From positions 953,562 through 1,017,561 of the forward strand of contig CBDCTJ010000007.1 of NCBI GenBank assembly GCA_965222115.1: a DNA stretch of 64,000 nucleotides, written 5' to 3'. Every line of letters starts with the position of its first letter. Within the stretch, counting starts at the first letter, position 1. Origin of the DNA: Planctomycetota bacterium. GTDB lineage: Bacteria > Planctomycetota > PLA2 > JAEUHO01. Below the pieces are notes generated by a model. It was not told the origin of the DNA. It did no database searches and was given only the letters and a program-made list of their open reading frames with translations. Made by a program: the position numbers and the translations under genes. Below are positions 1 to 9,521 of the stretch, piece by piece.

Positions 1-510
1 GCAAAGGCGATCGGTCCCGATACGCTTGAAGACGTCATTGAGCGCATCTGTTTGTTGTGCGATGAATCCGGCCTTGACGCACTCGTAACGCGACGTTGGA
101 AGACGGTTCATGCCACCGTGCGCGACTATTACCTCAAGCGCGGGTTTCTTGCGTCGATGGGCGCGCTGCTCAAAGTCGGCAAGTCAACGGTGGACCAAAC
201 ACCACCCCCCGCGTTTCGCGCAGAGTCGATTCATGATGCGTCGTTTTCGGTGGCCTATCGACTACGTAGGCACGGCGAGACGCACGACCCAACCATGCCC
301 GCCGAGGAAGGCACGCTCACGCTCTATCCCTTTGATGTCAACAACTGCGAGGCGCGTACGGAACACGATCTCCCGGGCAGCGGTGCGCTCCTTGAGGCCT
401 TTTGCTACGCGCGCGGACGCGAGCAGCACCGCGTTGCACTCACGCGTATCGCACGTGAACACACCGGTTGGCGCGTGGTGGACCCGCTTGCGCGTGGCGA
501 GGCAGGTTAG
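1..510 (+). CDS. hypothetical protein, C-terminal part (gene begins left of the window)
   Basis: Frame 1 is open from base 1 (AKAIGPDTLEDVIERICLL...) and continues into the listed 52..510 ORF. Its composition is balanced, whereas the overlapping 110..523 frame is Arg/Ser/Pro-biased off-frame noise. No family recognised. Confidence 0.45.
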   Translation, partial: AKAIGPDTLEDVIERICLLCDESGLDALVTRRWKTVHATVRDYYLKRGFLASMGALLKVGKSTVDQTPPPAFRAESIHDASFSVAYRLRRHGETHDPTMPAEEGTLTLYPFDVNNCEARTEHDLPGSGALLEAFCYARGREQHRVALTRIAREHTGWRVVDPLARGEAG

Positions 511-519
511 CGCACGGCT

Positions 520-1224
520 ATGAAACGCGTTTCCCTACTCCTTGTGGGCGATGAGATACTTCGCGGTGAGATTCGCGATGAAAACGGTCCCTATGCACTG
601 CGCGCCTTCGCAATGGCAGGCATTTCCGTCGTTCGCGTAGCGATTGTGTCCGACAATGAAGACGAGATTGTGGAAGAGGTCACGCGTATGCGTGCCATCA
701 GCGATGGCGTTGTCATTTCGGGCGGCGTTGGACCCACACACGACGACAAAACCCGCCAGGCACTTTCGCGCGCGCTGGGCCGCCCCCTGATCGTTCACGC
801 CGAAGCCTTGCGTCGTATTGAGGGCTTCTTTGGTGATGAAACCACCGACGCCGAACGCACCATGGCCCACTTACCCGAAGGCACGGAGCTCTGGTTGGGG
901 CCCATCACGGGCACCCTTGGCGGCGAAGTCGATGGCTGCTTCGCGTTTCCCGGTGTGCCCGCACTCTTTCGCGATCTTGTGGATGCTGTCGCTACGCGCT
1001 TTGCCGTAACACCCCCCGCATGCTGCGACGTGTACCTCGATCGCCGCGAAGGCGAAGTCGCGGGCGTACTCACCGCGCTTCAAGCCAAGCACCCTGGCGT
1101 GAGTATCGGTTCGTATCCCGAATTTGACGGACACACATGGCGCCTGCGCGTGTCCATTCGCGCTCCGTTCGAGTCCAGCGCACAACAGGTGGCAGACGAG
1201 CTCCGAACTCTTATCGATGATTGA
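520..1224 (+). CDS. CinA-N / MoaB-MogA-type molybdopterin-binding domain protein
   Basis: The N-terminus MKRVSLLLVGDEILRGEIRDENGPYAL...VVISGGVGPTHDDKT carries the GG.GPT.DD signature of the MoCF-biosynthesis/CinA N-terminal fold. The ATG lies 9 nt after the upstream stop. Confidence 0.75.
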   Translation: MKRVSLLLVGDEILRGEIRDENGPYALRAFAMAGISVVRVAIVSDNEDEIVEEVTRMRAISDGVVISGGVGPTHDDKTRQALSRALGRPLIVHAEALRRIEGFFGDETTDAERTMAHLPEGTELWLGPITGTLGGEVDGCFAFPGVPALFRDLVDAVATRFAVTPPACCDVYLDRREGEVAGVLTALQAKHPGVSIGSYPEFDGHTWRLRVSIRAPFESSAQQVADELRTLIDD

Positions 1225-1261
1225 CCGGTATACATAGCCAAAGGGTCTTTCCTGAGATTGA

Positions 1262-1478
1262 ACTCCGGTGAGGTGTGGCCAACTTGTGGCTCGTGCGTTA
1301 TCAACGTATGGACAGACTCAGGCAAAGCAGTTCACGATTCGGTGTCACACCTGAAACGGCCTGGCTGCTCGCGCAGGCGTTTCGAACCTCTCCCGAGTTC
1401 TGGATAAATCTGCAAACTGCGCACGATCTCGCACGTACACGTCCGCGTCGCAAGGTGAAGGCGATTCGACTGGCGTAG
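1262..1478 (+). pseudogene. decayed HigA-family (XRE helix-turn-helix) antitoxin remnant
   Basis: The listed 67-aa ORF ends ...GVTPETAWLLAQAFRTSPEFWINLQTAHDLA, the characteristic C-terminal half of HigA antitoxins (G.SPE.AL.LA.AFGTSPEFWLNLQ). The first HTH helix (VARALSTYGQTQAKQF) is only readable in a different frame (from about 1286), which stops at TGA about 1352. The usual HPGE N-terminus is missing. No higB partner lies upstream. Confidence 0.45.
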
Positions 1479-1577
1479 CTAGCAGGCAGAAAGCAATGCT
1501 TCGCAGTCTGGCATCGCTTTTCATGACCCCGCAAACTTACACCCGGCACTTTCTTGCGAGATTCGAGTCTGGGGATG

Positions 1578-1650
1578 TGGAGCTGAGGGGAATCGAACCC
1601 CTTACCTCTTCATTGCGAACGAAGCGCTCTACCAAATGAGCTACAGCCCC
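1578..1650 (-). tRNA. tRNA-Ala, anticodon CGC
   Basis: The reverse complement reads GGGGCTGTAGCTCATTTGGTAGAGCGCTTCGTTCGCAATGAAGAGGTAAGGGGTTCGATTCCCCTCAGCTCCA. It has a 7-bp acceptor stem with the G3:U70 Ala identity pair, an anticodon stem CTTCG/TGAAG with loop TTCGCAA (CGC), and a GGTTCGATTCC T-arm. The 3' CCA is not encoded. Confidence 0.9.
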
Positions 1651-1665
1651 GTGAGTGGGGGCACG

Positions 1666-1693
1666 AACGTATCCGCGGCCCAGTGCGGGTCAA
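1666..1693 (-). promoter_or_regulatory. candidate sigma-70 promoter for tRNA-Ala
   Basis: The minus strand reads TTGACC-16 nt-TACGTT, followed by a GC-rich discriminator (CGTGCCCCC), about 15 nt before the mature tRNA 5' end. It lies between the upstream gene's stop (1714) and the tRNA. Confidence 0.35.
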
Positions 1694-1713
1694 GTCCTCT
1701 GCTATCTCAGCGG

Positions 1714-3096
1714 CTACGTCAATGCGCGTGCGCGTGCTGCGACGGACTCGAGGAAGGGGAGCGGGCGGCCAGCGAGGCATTTGAGGATGGTGCCGCCGGC
1801 GGTGAATGCGTGCGTGACGTCGCCCGGGGCGCCATAACGCTCGAGTGCAGCACGCCCTTCACCGCCACCTACGTACACGGCGATTCCGGCTTGGCAAAGA
1901 GACTTGAGCGTGCCCACAATCGCTTCGGTACCGCCCGCAAACGTACGATCCTCGAACTTGCCCATCACACCATTGTGAAACGCGACGCGGCGCTTCGTTT
2001 TGCTGGCCCAGTCATGAGCTGCTTCGTCGTAGAGCTTGCGCGTTTCGGGGCCAATGTCACACTGCCACGCATCGGGTGGGATGTCGGCTGATTCCGTGCC
2101 GTCGTCGAGCACGAAATCAACCGGTGTAAGCACACGCACGCCGTTCTTCGAGGCGTCTTCCAAGAGTTGATGCGCGTTGTGAATCGCGGACGGCGGCACG
2201 TAGGCCTTGTGCTCACGATGTTCGGGATCACCGGCAGCGCCAATCGATATGGGTTCGTTTGCCCGTTCCCCTTGTGCTTTGCGAAGCGCCATCGCCAAGC
2301 TGCCGCCCGTAAGAATGAGCTCCGCATCGCCACGAGAAACGATGGCGCGCAGTTGACGCAATTTGTCAAGCTTCATGCCAGAGAAGATCACCAGCCCAGC
2401 GTCGCGCGCGCGCAAAACGTGATCGGTGAGTTCACGACGCGTAAATGCGCCCAACGCGACGCGTCCCATAACAAGGGGCAGTGCGGTGCAGGAGAAATCC
2501 TTGTTGCCGGCCGCAATCGCGTCGTGCACAAGCACGTTTGCGCCTTGGCGCATCGCCGTAGCCACTCGCATGAGTTGATCGGCGGCGCCCGGGAACTCGT
2601 CTTTGGTGCAATGCCACAAGCGACGTTCGAATCCGTAGCGGCGTAAGTTCTCCATCATTAGCCACTGGCCGGGTTCGAGGCTATCCACCGCTTTGGTGGC
2701 AACACCCGTAAGGGACTGTGCGTGTTCGTCAAACCAGTCCTTCACAAACGGCCCGGCGCCGGCTTCCATTTCGCGCAGTCGCATAAACACGTACTCAAGC
2801 GTTTGCTCCGGCTTGCGACCGCGATGGCCAATCAACAACATGCGCCACCCGCGACTGCGACCGTAGGCGAGTGTTTCACTCAAGCTCTTGAGGCGTGGAT
2901 CATCGCCAATCACGCCGTCCCTATCCGCCACATCGAGGTCGGCGCGGATCCACACGGGCGTGCCTGCGGGCAACTCACTGAGCGATTCCAGGGTGGGGGC
3001 CTCGGCTAGGCGGGCCTGCATCGACGTGGGTTCTTCGGAAAACCCAACGGTGCGTGCAAGGGCTTCGGCAAAAGTCTCGAGCTGTTCTTCCGACAT
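1714..3096 (-). CDS. phosphoglycerate kinase family protein, divergent paralog
   Basis: PGK-like blocks are present: PVWIRADLDV...DDPRLKSLSETL...LLIGHRGRKP, LMMENLRRYGFE, FHNGVMGKFE, YVGGGEGRAALERYG, FTAGGTILKCLAGRPLPFLE. The start is taken at the ATG at 3096 (MSEEQLETF), which is preceded by GAGGAG 7 nt upstream. The listed ORF extends to 3141. Confidence 0.65.
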   Translation of the reverse strand: MSEEQLETFAEALARTVGFSEEPTSMQARLAEAPTLESLSELPAGTPVWIRADLDVADRDGVIGDDPRLKSLSETLAYGRSRGWRMLLIGHRGRKPEQTLEYVFMRLREMEAGAGPFVKDWFDEHAQSLTGVATKAVDSLEPGQWLMMENLRRYGFERRLWHCTKDEFPGAADQLMRVATAMRQGANVLVHDAIAAGNKDFSCTALPLVMGRVALGAFTRRELTDHVLRARDAGLVIFSGMKLDKLRQLRAIVSRGDAELILTGGSLAMALRKAQGERANEPISIGAAGDPEHREHKAYVPPSAIHNAHQLLEDASKNGVRVLTPVDFVLDDGTESADIPPDAWQCDIGPETRKLYDEAAHDWASKTKRRVAFHNGVMGKFEDRTFAGGTEAIVGTLKSLCQAGIAVYVGGGEGRAALERYGAPGDVTHAFTAGGTILKCLAGRPLPFLESVAARARALT

Positions 3097-3260
3097 CGGT
3101 GGGCTCCTCAACCATCCGAGGATACGGCAGAGCCGCGCCATCGGTGGAAATCCTGCGACGGTGGCCCGCAGGCTTTGGCCGAGACGCCGCTACACTTGGG
3201 CCAATGGGTAAACGCAAGCGATCCTCAAGTGCCGCGGCCGCGCCAGAGCTTGAGGGGATC

Positions 3261-4088
3261 ATGACCCCTCATGCGGGTGATCCGGAAGAAGTCGTGGTCG
3301 AGGTGAAAGACCTCGTCGTGCGCTACGACGAGCAGGTCGTGCTCAACGGCATCGATATGACCGTCAAGCGCGGCGAAGTCATGGTCATTCTGGGGGGCAG
3401 TGGCTCGGGCAAATCCACGCTACTCAAGTGCCTACTCGGCAGCGTGAAGCCGGTCTCGGGCACCATACGCGTATTGGGCGTGGACATGATCAACGCCAGC
3501 GATGCGGCGCGCGACGAAGTGTTTCGCAACCTCGGCATGGTCTATCAGACCGGTGCGCTCTTCAGTTCCATGACCGTGTGGGAAAACGTGGCGTTGCCGC
3601 TTCAGGAACACTCCGATCTCTCGCCCAAGATCATCGATATCGCCGTGCGCATGAAACTCGGCCTCGTGCGCCTTTCGGGCTTTGAAGATCGCTACCCCAG
3701 CCAGCTCTCGGGCGGGCAGGTGAAACGCGTGGCCTTTGCACGCGCGATCTCAATGGATCCGCAGCTCCTATTTTGCGACGAGCCGTCGGCGGGTCTCGAC
3801 CCACGCATTGGGCGCGGCATTGATGACCTCATTCGTAACCTCAATCGCGCCTTCAACATGGGCATTGTTGTGGTTACGCACGAAATGGAGTCGGTAAAAG
3901 TCATTGCCGATCGCATCACGATGCTGGGACCGCGTCCGGGCGGCGCGCAGGTTGTATTCTCGGGCACCTACGACGAGTTGATCGAACACGAAGATCCCGT
4001 GGTGCGCGATTTTGTACGCCGCCGACCACTTCACGAGCCGCGATTGGAAGCCATGGAGGTGTTGCGGCAGTTGGTGGGGGAAGACTAA
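3261..4088 (+). CDS. ABC transporter ATP-binding protein, MlaF/Ttg2A-like
   Basis: Walker A GGSGSGKST, Q-loop, signature LSGGQVKRVAFARA, Walker B LLFCDEPSAGLD, H-loop VVVTHE, and a C-terminal DPVVRDFV as in MlaF-type ATPases. The start is placed at the ATG at 3261 (GAGGGGA upstream); the alternative is 3204. Confidence 0.8.
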   Translation: MTPHAGDPEEVVVEVKDLVVRYDEQVVLNGIDMTVKRGEVMVILGGSGSGKSTLLKCLLGSVKPVSGTIRVLGVDMINASDAARDEVFRNLGMVYQTGALFSSMTVWENVALPLQEHSDLSPKIIDIAVRMKLGLVRLSGFEDRYPSQLSGGQVKRVAFARAISMDPQLLFCDEPSAGLDPRIGRGIDDLIRNLNRAFNMGIVVVTHEMESVKVIADRITMLGPRPGGAQVVFSGTYDELIEHEDPVVRDFVRRRPLHEPRLEAMEVLRQLVGED

Positions 4089-5914
4089 CGCGCCGACGAT
4101 TTGGATTCGAGTACCAAAGGGCGAATCTGTTTGGCGATGACGCGCGCTGTTGCCTTCGCGATCAATGCGCCTTGATTCCAGATCTGAAAGGTATAGGTCC
4201 CCGGTGGCAGGGGTCCGATGCGCGTTCCTGGCTGCAATGGGTATGCGCGCTCCAATCGCAGGTATGGAACTTCGTTGGGCTCGCAAGGAAAGAGACTTGG
4301 AAACACACCTCCGTCTGCCATGGAAATCGAATATTCATTGCCATGCGTGCTTATCCATGGATGACGACCGGGCACAAAGATCAGTTGACCGCCTTCTACA
4401 ACGGGCGCATGCACGATGTTAACGCCGTTCTCCGTTGTTCGGTTCAAGCGAGTCTCATCGATTAGATCAGCGCGAAACACCGCCCACGGCAAGGCGGCGA
4501 AGCAACACTGTTGGACATGGATGGGCCCAAAGGGAACGTCGTGGCTCTCATCAGCTTCAAACTCCTCCACGACCCGATGGCCGGCTCGGTCAATGCCAAT
4601 CGCTCCAAGTTGGAATTCCCGAATCTCCCGGTCGGTAGGCGCGGCAAGGCCCGACGGCCAGACGAGGCGCAATGCCATGGGTTGCGCCCGTCGAATCAAA
4701 TCCGCAATCGACGATCGCAAATCTGCGCGTTGATTGAGCGATACCGCGAGTTCGATGCGAGACGACGTACCGGCGCGAACCTGAATACGATCCGGACCAT
4801 CAACGCGCCACGGTCCGTCGGCGACGACGCGCCATGGTCCCGGCGCCAGTGTTCGATCGGCAGTCCATGCACCCGATTGCGGCGGGACGATGTCGGGACA
4901 AGAGTGCTTGCCAATCAAACGGAGTGTGGGCAAGTAAGGCACAAGTTCCTTGGGAAGGTCACGATAGGTAATGGAAAAGGAAACGCCTCCGGCACGAACG
5001 ATGGTAACCGACACACGATCGCCCACACGCGCCGTCGTGGAACTTGGCATTGCCGCATATAGCTCTAGATCTTTGTTCGTTTCGATCGTGGCCGAGCGCG
5101 CGCTCGAATCGTAGGACGACGAAGGACCCGTGAGTTGCAGTTTGACGTCGTATTCGAGTCCCGCCATGAGGGTTGAAATGACGCGTCGACCTGATGTGAG
5201 ATCACCGTGGTGTCGTTGATGCCGGAGTTGGTCAGGGCCTGGCCAATCGGAATCGACAGTGTTGGTGAAGTAGCTAAGGTCCGCGCTCACCTTGTCGATC
5301 CCGTCGGGGACCTCGCCCGCGAGATCCAATTGGATTGAGCCAAGCTGAGGCAGTTCGATCGTCACGTCGCGCGACTCGCCCTCTTCAACGTGAATCACCT
5401 GTCCCTTACAGACAATAGAGCCCCATGTCGCGCCGACAAACCAGGGCCCGGCGACGGGAAGCTCCAGGATCGTGGGTCCGCTTGGACGACGTTTTTTCCA
5501 TACGGCGTTCCAGACGTACTCGCTCTGCGGCATGCGTAGCGCTGCAGCGGTTTGCGACACCGCATACACTTGAAGTTGCTTTGCAATCTCCACATGAGGA
5601 TGGGGGGCCACATGCACTTGCACCCGCGGACGTTTCGTGGGTTCTGCGTGAGGCGTGCTCGCTTCGTCAGTTACCGAATACGGCGCGTTTCGAACGAGTG
5701 GTGCGTTGTGCGCGTCGGTTTTGGGACGCGACGCCGCGTCTTCCGGGATGCGATCGACGCCTGAAGAAAGGGTGGCTGGTTCGCCCGTCCCTTGTGGCCC
5801 GTGATGTGGCTCGGTGTCGGCTGTACGGTTGTCGAAATCGTGTGCATTCGCCAGCAAGTACCCCATGAGCACGCCGGCGGCAAACACACCCAACCATGAA
5901 AGCCACGCTTGCAT
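4085..5914 (-). CDS. membrane-anchored hypothetical protein
   Basis: 609-aa ORF with one N-terminal hydrophobic helix (WLSWLGVFAAGVLMGYLLA), followed by a Pro/His-rich linker and a long beta-rich region. No family recognised. Its stop overlaps the convergent ABC gene's stop by 4 nt. Confidence 0.55.
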   Translation of the reverse strand: MQAWLSWLGVFAAGVLMGYLLANAHDFDNRTADTEPHHGPQGTGEPATLSSGVDRIPEDAASRPKTDAHNAPLVRNAPYSVTDEASTPHAEPTKRPRVQVHVAPHPHVEIAKQLQVYAVSQTAAALRMPQSEYVWNAVWKKRRPSGPTILELPVAGPWFVGATWGSIVCKGQVIHVEEGESRDVTIELPQLGSIQLDLAGEVPDGIDKVSADLSYFTNTVDSDWPGPDQLRHQRHHGDLTSGRRVISTLMAGLEYDVKLQLTGPSSSYDSSARSATIETNKDLELYAAMPSSTTARVGDRVSVTIVRAGGVSFSITYRDLPKELVPYLPTLRLIGKHSCPDIVPPQSGAWTADRTLAPGPWRVVADGPWRVDGPDRIQVRAGTSSRIELAVSLNQRADLRSSIADLIRRAQPMALRLVWPSGLAAPTDREIREFQLGAIGIDRAGHRVVEEFEADESHDVPFGPIHVQQCCFAALPWAVFRADLIDETRLNRTTENGVNIVHAPVVEGGQLIFVPGRHPWISTHGNEYSISMADGGVFPSLFPCEPNEVPYLRLERAYPLQPGTRIGPLPPGTYTFQIWNQGALIAKATARVIAKQIRPLVLESKSSAR

Positions 5915-5970
5915 GCATAGATCCTAGCAGAACGTGAAATAGGCGATTGACTGTGTCTTTGTCGTTACGC

Positions 5971-8289
5971 TTAGCGCAGTCGCCGCTTACGGTCAAAGGC
6001 GACAATGAGCGAGCGCGTAGCCGGGTGCGAGTGGTTCTTGTGGGCGAGATAGATCGCGGCTTCGTCATCCGCGACGTCTAGCTCTTGAAGCTGCGTCAAG
6101 CTTTCAGCAGCCAGCTTGGTGATGGCCGGATCGTCGCTCGTGAGTGCGTCCCCGATAACGGCAAGCGCTTCTCTGCGTTTGGGTGTGCAGAGCAAGCCCG
6201 TTGCGGCGCAGACGCGTAGCTCGGGATCTGAGTCGTTCAGTAAGCCGAGCAACACGTGGTGCCCCGCAAGGAGTTGATCCGAGGGCCGATTGCCCACGAT
6301 GGAGCGAACCAAGGCAAGGCACGTGATTCGTTCGTCTCGCGGTGTCGTGGGTGCGAGTCGCGCAGCAAGGGCAGGTAGTGCGCGATCTTGTGCCTCGTAC
6401 AATGTCCAGGTAGCAAGTTGATGACGGGGGTGATCCGGCGCAAGCCATGTGACGACTTCCTCTAAGTCATCGCCAAGCACTGCACTGAGGGCCATTGCCG
6501 CGAGTCTCGCTGTGCCCTTTTCCTCTTTTTGATTAAAGAAGAAGGTTACAAGATCTTCTGCCGCGGAACGAGCACCTTCGTGCTCTTGAATGATGCCCAC
6601 CAACACGATTCTGGCCAGCGGATAATCTTCCGTGTGGTGATCGCAACTCCAGTCACGATCGAGGCAGTGATCTCGAAGAGTCCTGCAGAGTATTTCGCTG
6701 GTTCTCGAATTGCCGCTGCCTGCAAGAAGAGACGCAGCAACGGTTCGGACGTGCCAGTGGCTATCATCCAAATACTGAGTGATCAACGTACGCTGCTTCT
6801 CGCTGAGTTCGTCTCTCCTAAGGCTGGTGAGCGTCTCAAGGACGAATAGTCGGACTTCAGGATTTTTGTCTTGTATGAAGTCATCGAGCAGGTTCTTGTC
6901 GCGCAGCTTGAGGAGGTCGCGAAAGAACCGTGGCGAAAATTCTCTGCGATGAGGTGAGCGCAACATAATGGGCAATACCGAACTGGCGTCGAACGTCCAG
7001 TTGGTATCTTCGATTGCATTACCGAGCCTGTAGACGTCGTTGCAATCTGTATCCTCGTCGTCCAGCCAACGAGTAAGAAACGTAACAAGGTCGGGGGGTG
7101 GGTTCGGTCGTCCAATCAGTGCGGTCGCTGCGTTCTTTTGAATCTCTCTATCTTTATAGCTCAGGAGCGGTGCCAAAATCGAATCTGCGCGCTCGCCAAA
7201 GGATGCGAGCGCCAAAGGAATCTTGCGTTTGATCATTAAGGGGCGTGAATCAAATGCGTGGCAAAGCGCATCGAGAATTTTCTCGTCCTTGCAGCGTAAG
7301 CCATAGGCGCCACACCAATGCACGGCATACGCCACAATTTGGTATTCACCTCGCGTGATGAGCGTCGCAATCGCATCCGTCGGTGTTGGCTCAAACTCCA
7401 GCAACGTTCGAATCATCCACTCGCGAGGGTCATTGTTGCTTTTCTCTGGAGCCAGTGCCTGGGTGAAAGCCAGTGTTGCATTGAGGAGCGGTTGAACAGC
7501 GTCTGCACCCATCGAGTGCATCATGGCGCGCCATTCGATGAGTTCGTCCAATGTGCTGGTGCATGAATATAGGACGAGCGTTTTCTTAGCGTCCGAGTCG
7601 CATGATCGGATGTGCCAGGCAATCATTGCGTCGCAGATCGGCAGCCATCCTTCTCCGCGACATACATGCGCAATCGCCTTGTAGAGGTTGTGATCCGTGG
7701 GGAGTTCGCGCAGCAAGCGTTGAACGCGATTCAAGTGAATCGAATCTAAGGTGTCGAGCAACAGCACGAGTTCTAGCGCGCGAATACGGTCCTTTGGATC
7801 CGGTTCCTGCAAGTAGTCGAGAACCAGCGACATGTGTTTGGGTAGTCGTGCTTTGCGCTCCTGAATCAATTCGTAGAGCTGGTCCTTAACTTGCTTGCGC
7901 AGCTGCTTACCGTCGAGCGTCGTGCTCAAGTAGTGCGAGATGACAACGTCTAGGCCAATCTCGCCGGCGCGTACTCGGCGCTTGAGCTCCACGATGGCAT
8001 CGATCTGTTTGTCGATGTTCGGACTCAAGAGTCCTTGTCGTGTCGACAGCAAAAGTGGAGACGAAGAATCGTGGGTCGAAACCGGTGCGCCTCGGAGCCC
8101 TGGCTCATTTTTGCTGGCACTAACTTGATCGTGTTCGCGTGTCGTCCGTTCGTTCTTCGGAGGATGAGCCGCAAGCAGGGCAACGAGAAGCACCACGATG
8201 ACGGCCAGTGCGATTCCGATTGCCACTTTCTTCACAGGCAGATCGTAGCGTGTTCGGCGAGGCGCGACGCGAGTTGCAGGCGACAGCAC
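5971..8289 (-). CDS. membrane-anchored HEAT/ARM-like repeat protein
   Basis: 772-aa ORF with an N-terminal TM helix (VAIGIALAVIVVLLVALLAA). It has recurring HEAT-like units (NPEVRLFVLETL, HWHVRTVAASLLAG, DREIQKNAATALIG, DPELRVCAATGLL). Confidence 0.55.
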   Translation of the reverse strand: MLSPATRVAPRRTRYDLPVKKVAIGIALAVIVVLLVALLAAHPPKNERTTREHDQVSASKNEPGLRGAPVSTHDSSSPLLLSTRQGLLSPNIDKQIDAIVELKRRVRAGEIGLDVVISHYLSTTLDGKQLRKQVKDQLYELIQERKARLPKHMSLVLDYLQEPDPKDRIRALELVLLLDTLDSIHLNRVQRLLRELPTDHNLYKAIAHVCRGEGWLPICDAMIAWHIRSCDSDAKKTLVLYSCTSTLDELIEWRAMMHSMGADAVQPLLNATLAFTQALAPEKSNNDPREWMIRTLLEFEPTPTDAIATLITRGEYQIVAYAVHWCGAYGLRCKDEKILDALCHAFDSRPLMIKRKIPLALASFGERADSILAPLLSYKDREIQKNAATALIGRPNPPPDLVTFLTRWLDDEDTDCNDVYRLGNAIEDTNWTFDASSVLPIMLRSPHRREFSPRFFRDLLKLRDKNLLDDFIQDKNPEVRLFVLETLTSLRRDELSEKQRTLITQYLDDSHWHVRTVAASLLAGSGNSRTSEILCRTLRDHCLDRDWSCDHHTEDYPLARIVLVGIIQEHEGARSAAEDLVTFFFNQKEEKGTARLAAMALSAVLGDDLEEVVTWLAPDHPRHQLATWTLYEAQDRALPALAARLAPTTPRDERITCLALVRSIVGNRPSDQLLAGHHVLLGLLNDSDPELRVCAATGLLCTPKRREALAVIGDALTSDDPAITKLAAESLTQLQELDVADDEAAIYLAHKNHSHPATRSLIVAFDRKRRLR

Positions 8290-8392
8290 TGCACGATGAA
8301 CTGCATTCTCATCCTCTGTGAGTGCGCTGGATCGCCCAATCTGGCGCGAATCTTCCGTTCAGTGGATCACGGGTGGGAATAAACGTGGCGCA

Positions 8393-9517
8393 ATGCCGAT
8401 AGGGATGGTCCAAAGGGGGCAGAGTATTGGTCCACGAGGGCGCCCCCACGGGCTCACGTGCCGGGAGCGCCTCATCAACTCTTCTTCTACGCTTACGTCC
8501 GACGAGAGCGTCGGTTCTTCGAAATCCCCTGCGCCTGCTACCGGGCGCGAACTCTTGCGCAAAACGCAAGCATTCGCGGTGGAGTCCCGCGCGAGGAGTT
8601 GGTGGATCTTGGCGTCCACCATGACGGTTCTCTTTGGCTTTGGTGCGGGCGCCGCGCTACTCCCTTGGTGGCCCGCACGTCTTGCCGCTTCCATGGGCAT
8701 GGCGCTAACGCTCGTGCGCTCGTTCATATTGGTTCACGACTATCTGCATGGTGCCATGTTTCGGGGTTCCAAGGTGGCCGGTGCCATCCTCAATTTCTGG
8801 GCCCTTGTCATGCTCACGCCACCCCGTGTTTGGCGCGACACCCACAACTACCATCATGCTCACACGGCCAAGACCACGGGTCGCCAGCGTGGCACGTTCA
8901 CGATGCTCACCACCGAACAGTGGCACAAGACCGGCTGGGTAAAACGTTTTGCGCATGCCTTTGAACGACACCCCCTTACGGTCTTGTTTGGCTATGTAAC
9001 GGTCTTCTTGCTCAGCTTCTGCTTGATTCCCTTTGTACGAAATCCCAAGCGATATGCATCGAGCGGGTTGGCGCTTGTCTTGCATGCCGCCTTTGGCGCT
9101 GCGATCTACATGGTACTTGGCGTTGGCGCGTTCCTGTTTGCTTTCCTTATTCCGTTCTCGGTTGCGTCAGCCCTTGGCTCCTTACTCTTTTACGTGCAAC
9201 ACAACTTCGAAGGCATGCAACTACCCGATCACGATGCCTGGAATCACACCGACGCCTCGCTTCATGCTTCGAGCTACTTGAAACTAAGCCCGCCCATGCA
9301 GTGGTTCACTGGCAACATCGGCTTCCACCACGTACACCATCTCAATCCCAAGATCCCCTTCTATCGCTTGCCCGCCGCTATGAACGCCATACCGGAACTC
9401 GCCGCACCGCATGCCATACGTTTGGATCCACGCACGGTTGTTCGCGCGTTTCGTCTGAAACTCTGGGATGCCGAACGCGGCGAGATGGTCAGCTACCGGG
9501 CCGCGCGGACGAACTAG
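8393..9517 (+). CDS. membrane fatty-acid desaturase family protein
   Basis: Three histidine boxes in canonical order (HDYLHG, HNYHHAH, FHHVHH), separated by hydrophobic segments. The start is uncertain (GTG 8318, ATG 8393 or ATG 8405). Confidence 0.75.
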   Translation: MPIGMVQRGQSIGPRGRPHGLTCRERLINSSSTLTSDESVGSSKSPAPATGRELLRKTQAFAVESRARSWWILASTMTVLFGFGAGAALLPWWPARLAASMGMALTLVRSFILVHDYLHGAMFRGSKVAGAILNFWALVMLTPPRVWRDTHNYHHAHTAKTTGRQRGTFTMLTTEQWHKTGWVKRFAHAFERHPLTVLFGYVTVFLLSFCLIPFVRNPKRYASSGLALVLHAAFGAAIYMVLGVGAFLFAFLIPFSVASALGSLLFYVQHNFEGMQLPDHDAWNHTDASLHASSYLKLSPPMQWFTGNIGFHHVHHLNPKIPFYRLPAAMNAIPELAAPHAIRLDPRTVVRAFRLKLWDAERGEMVSYRAARTN

Positions 9518-9521
9518 TTCG

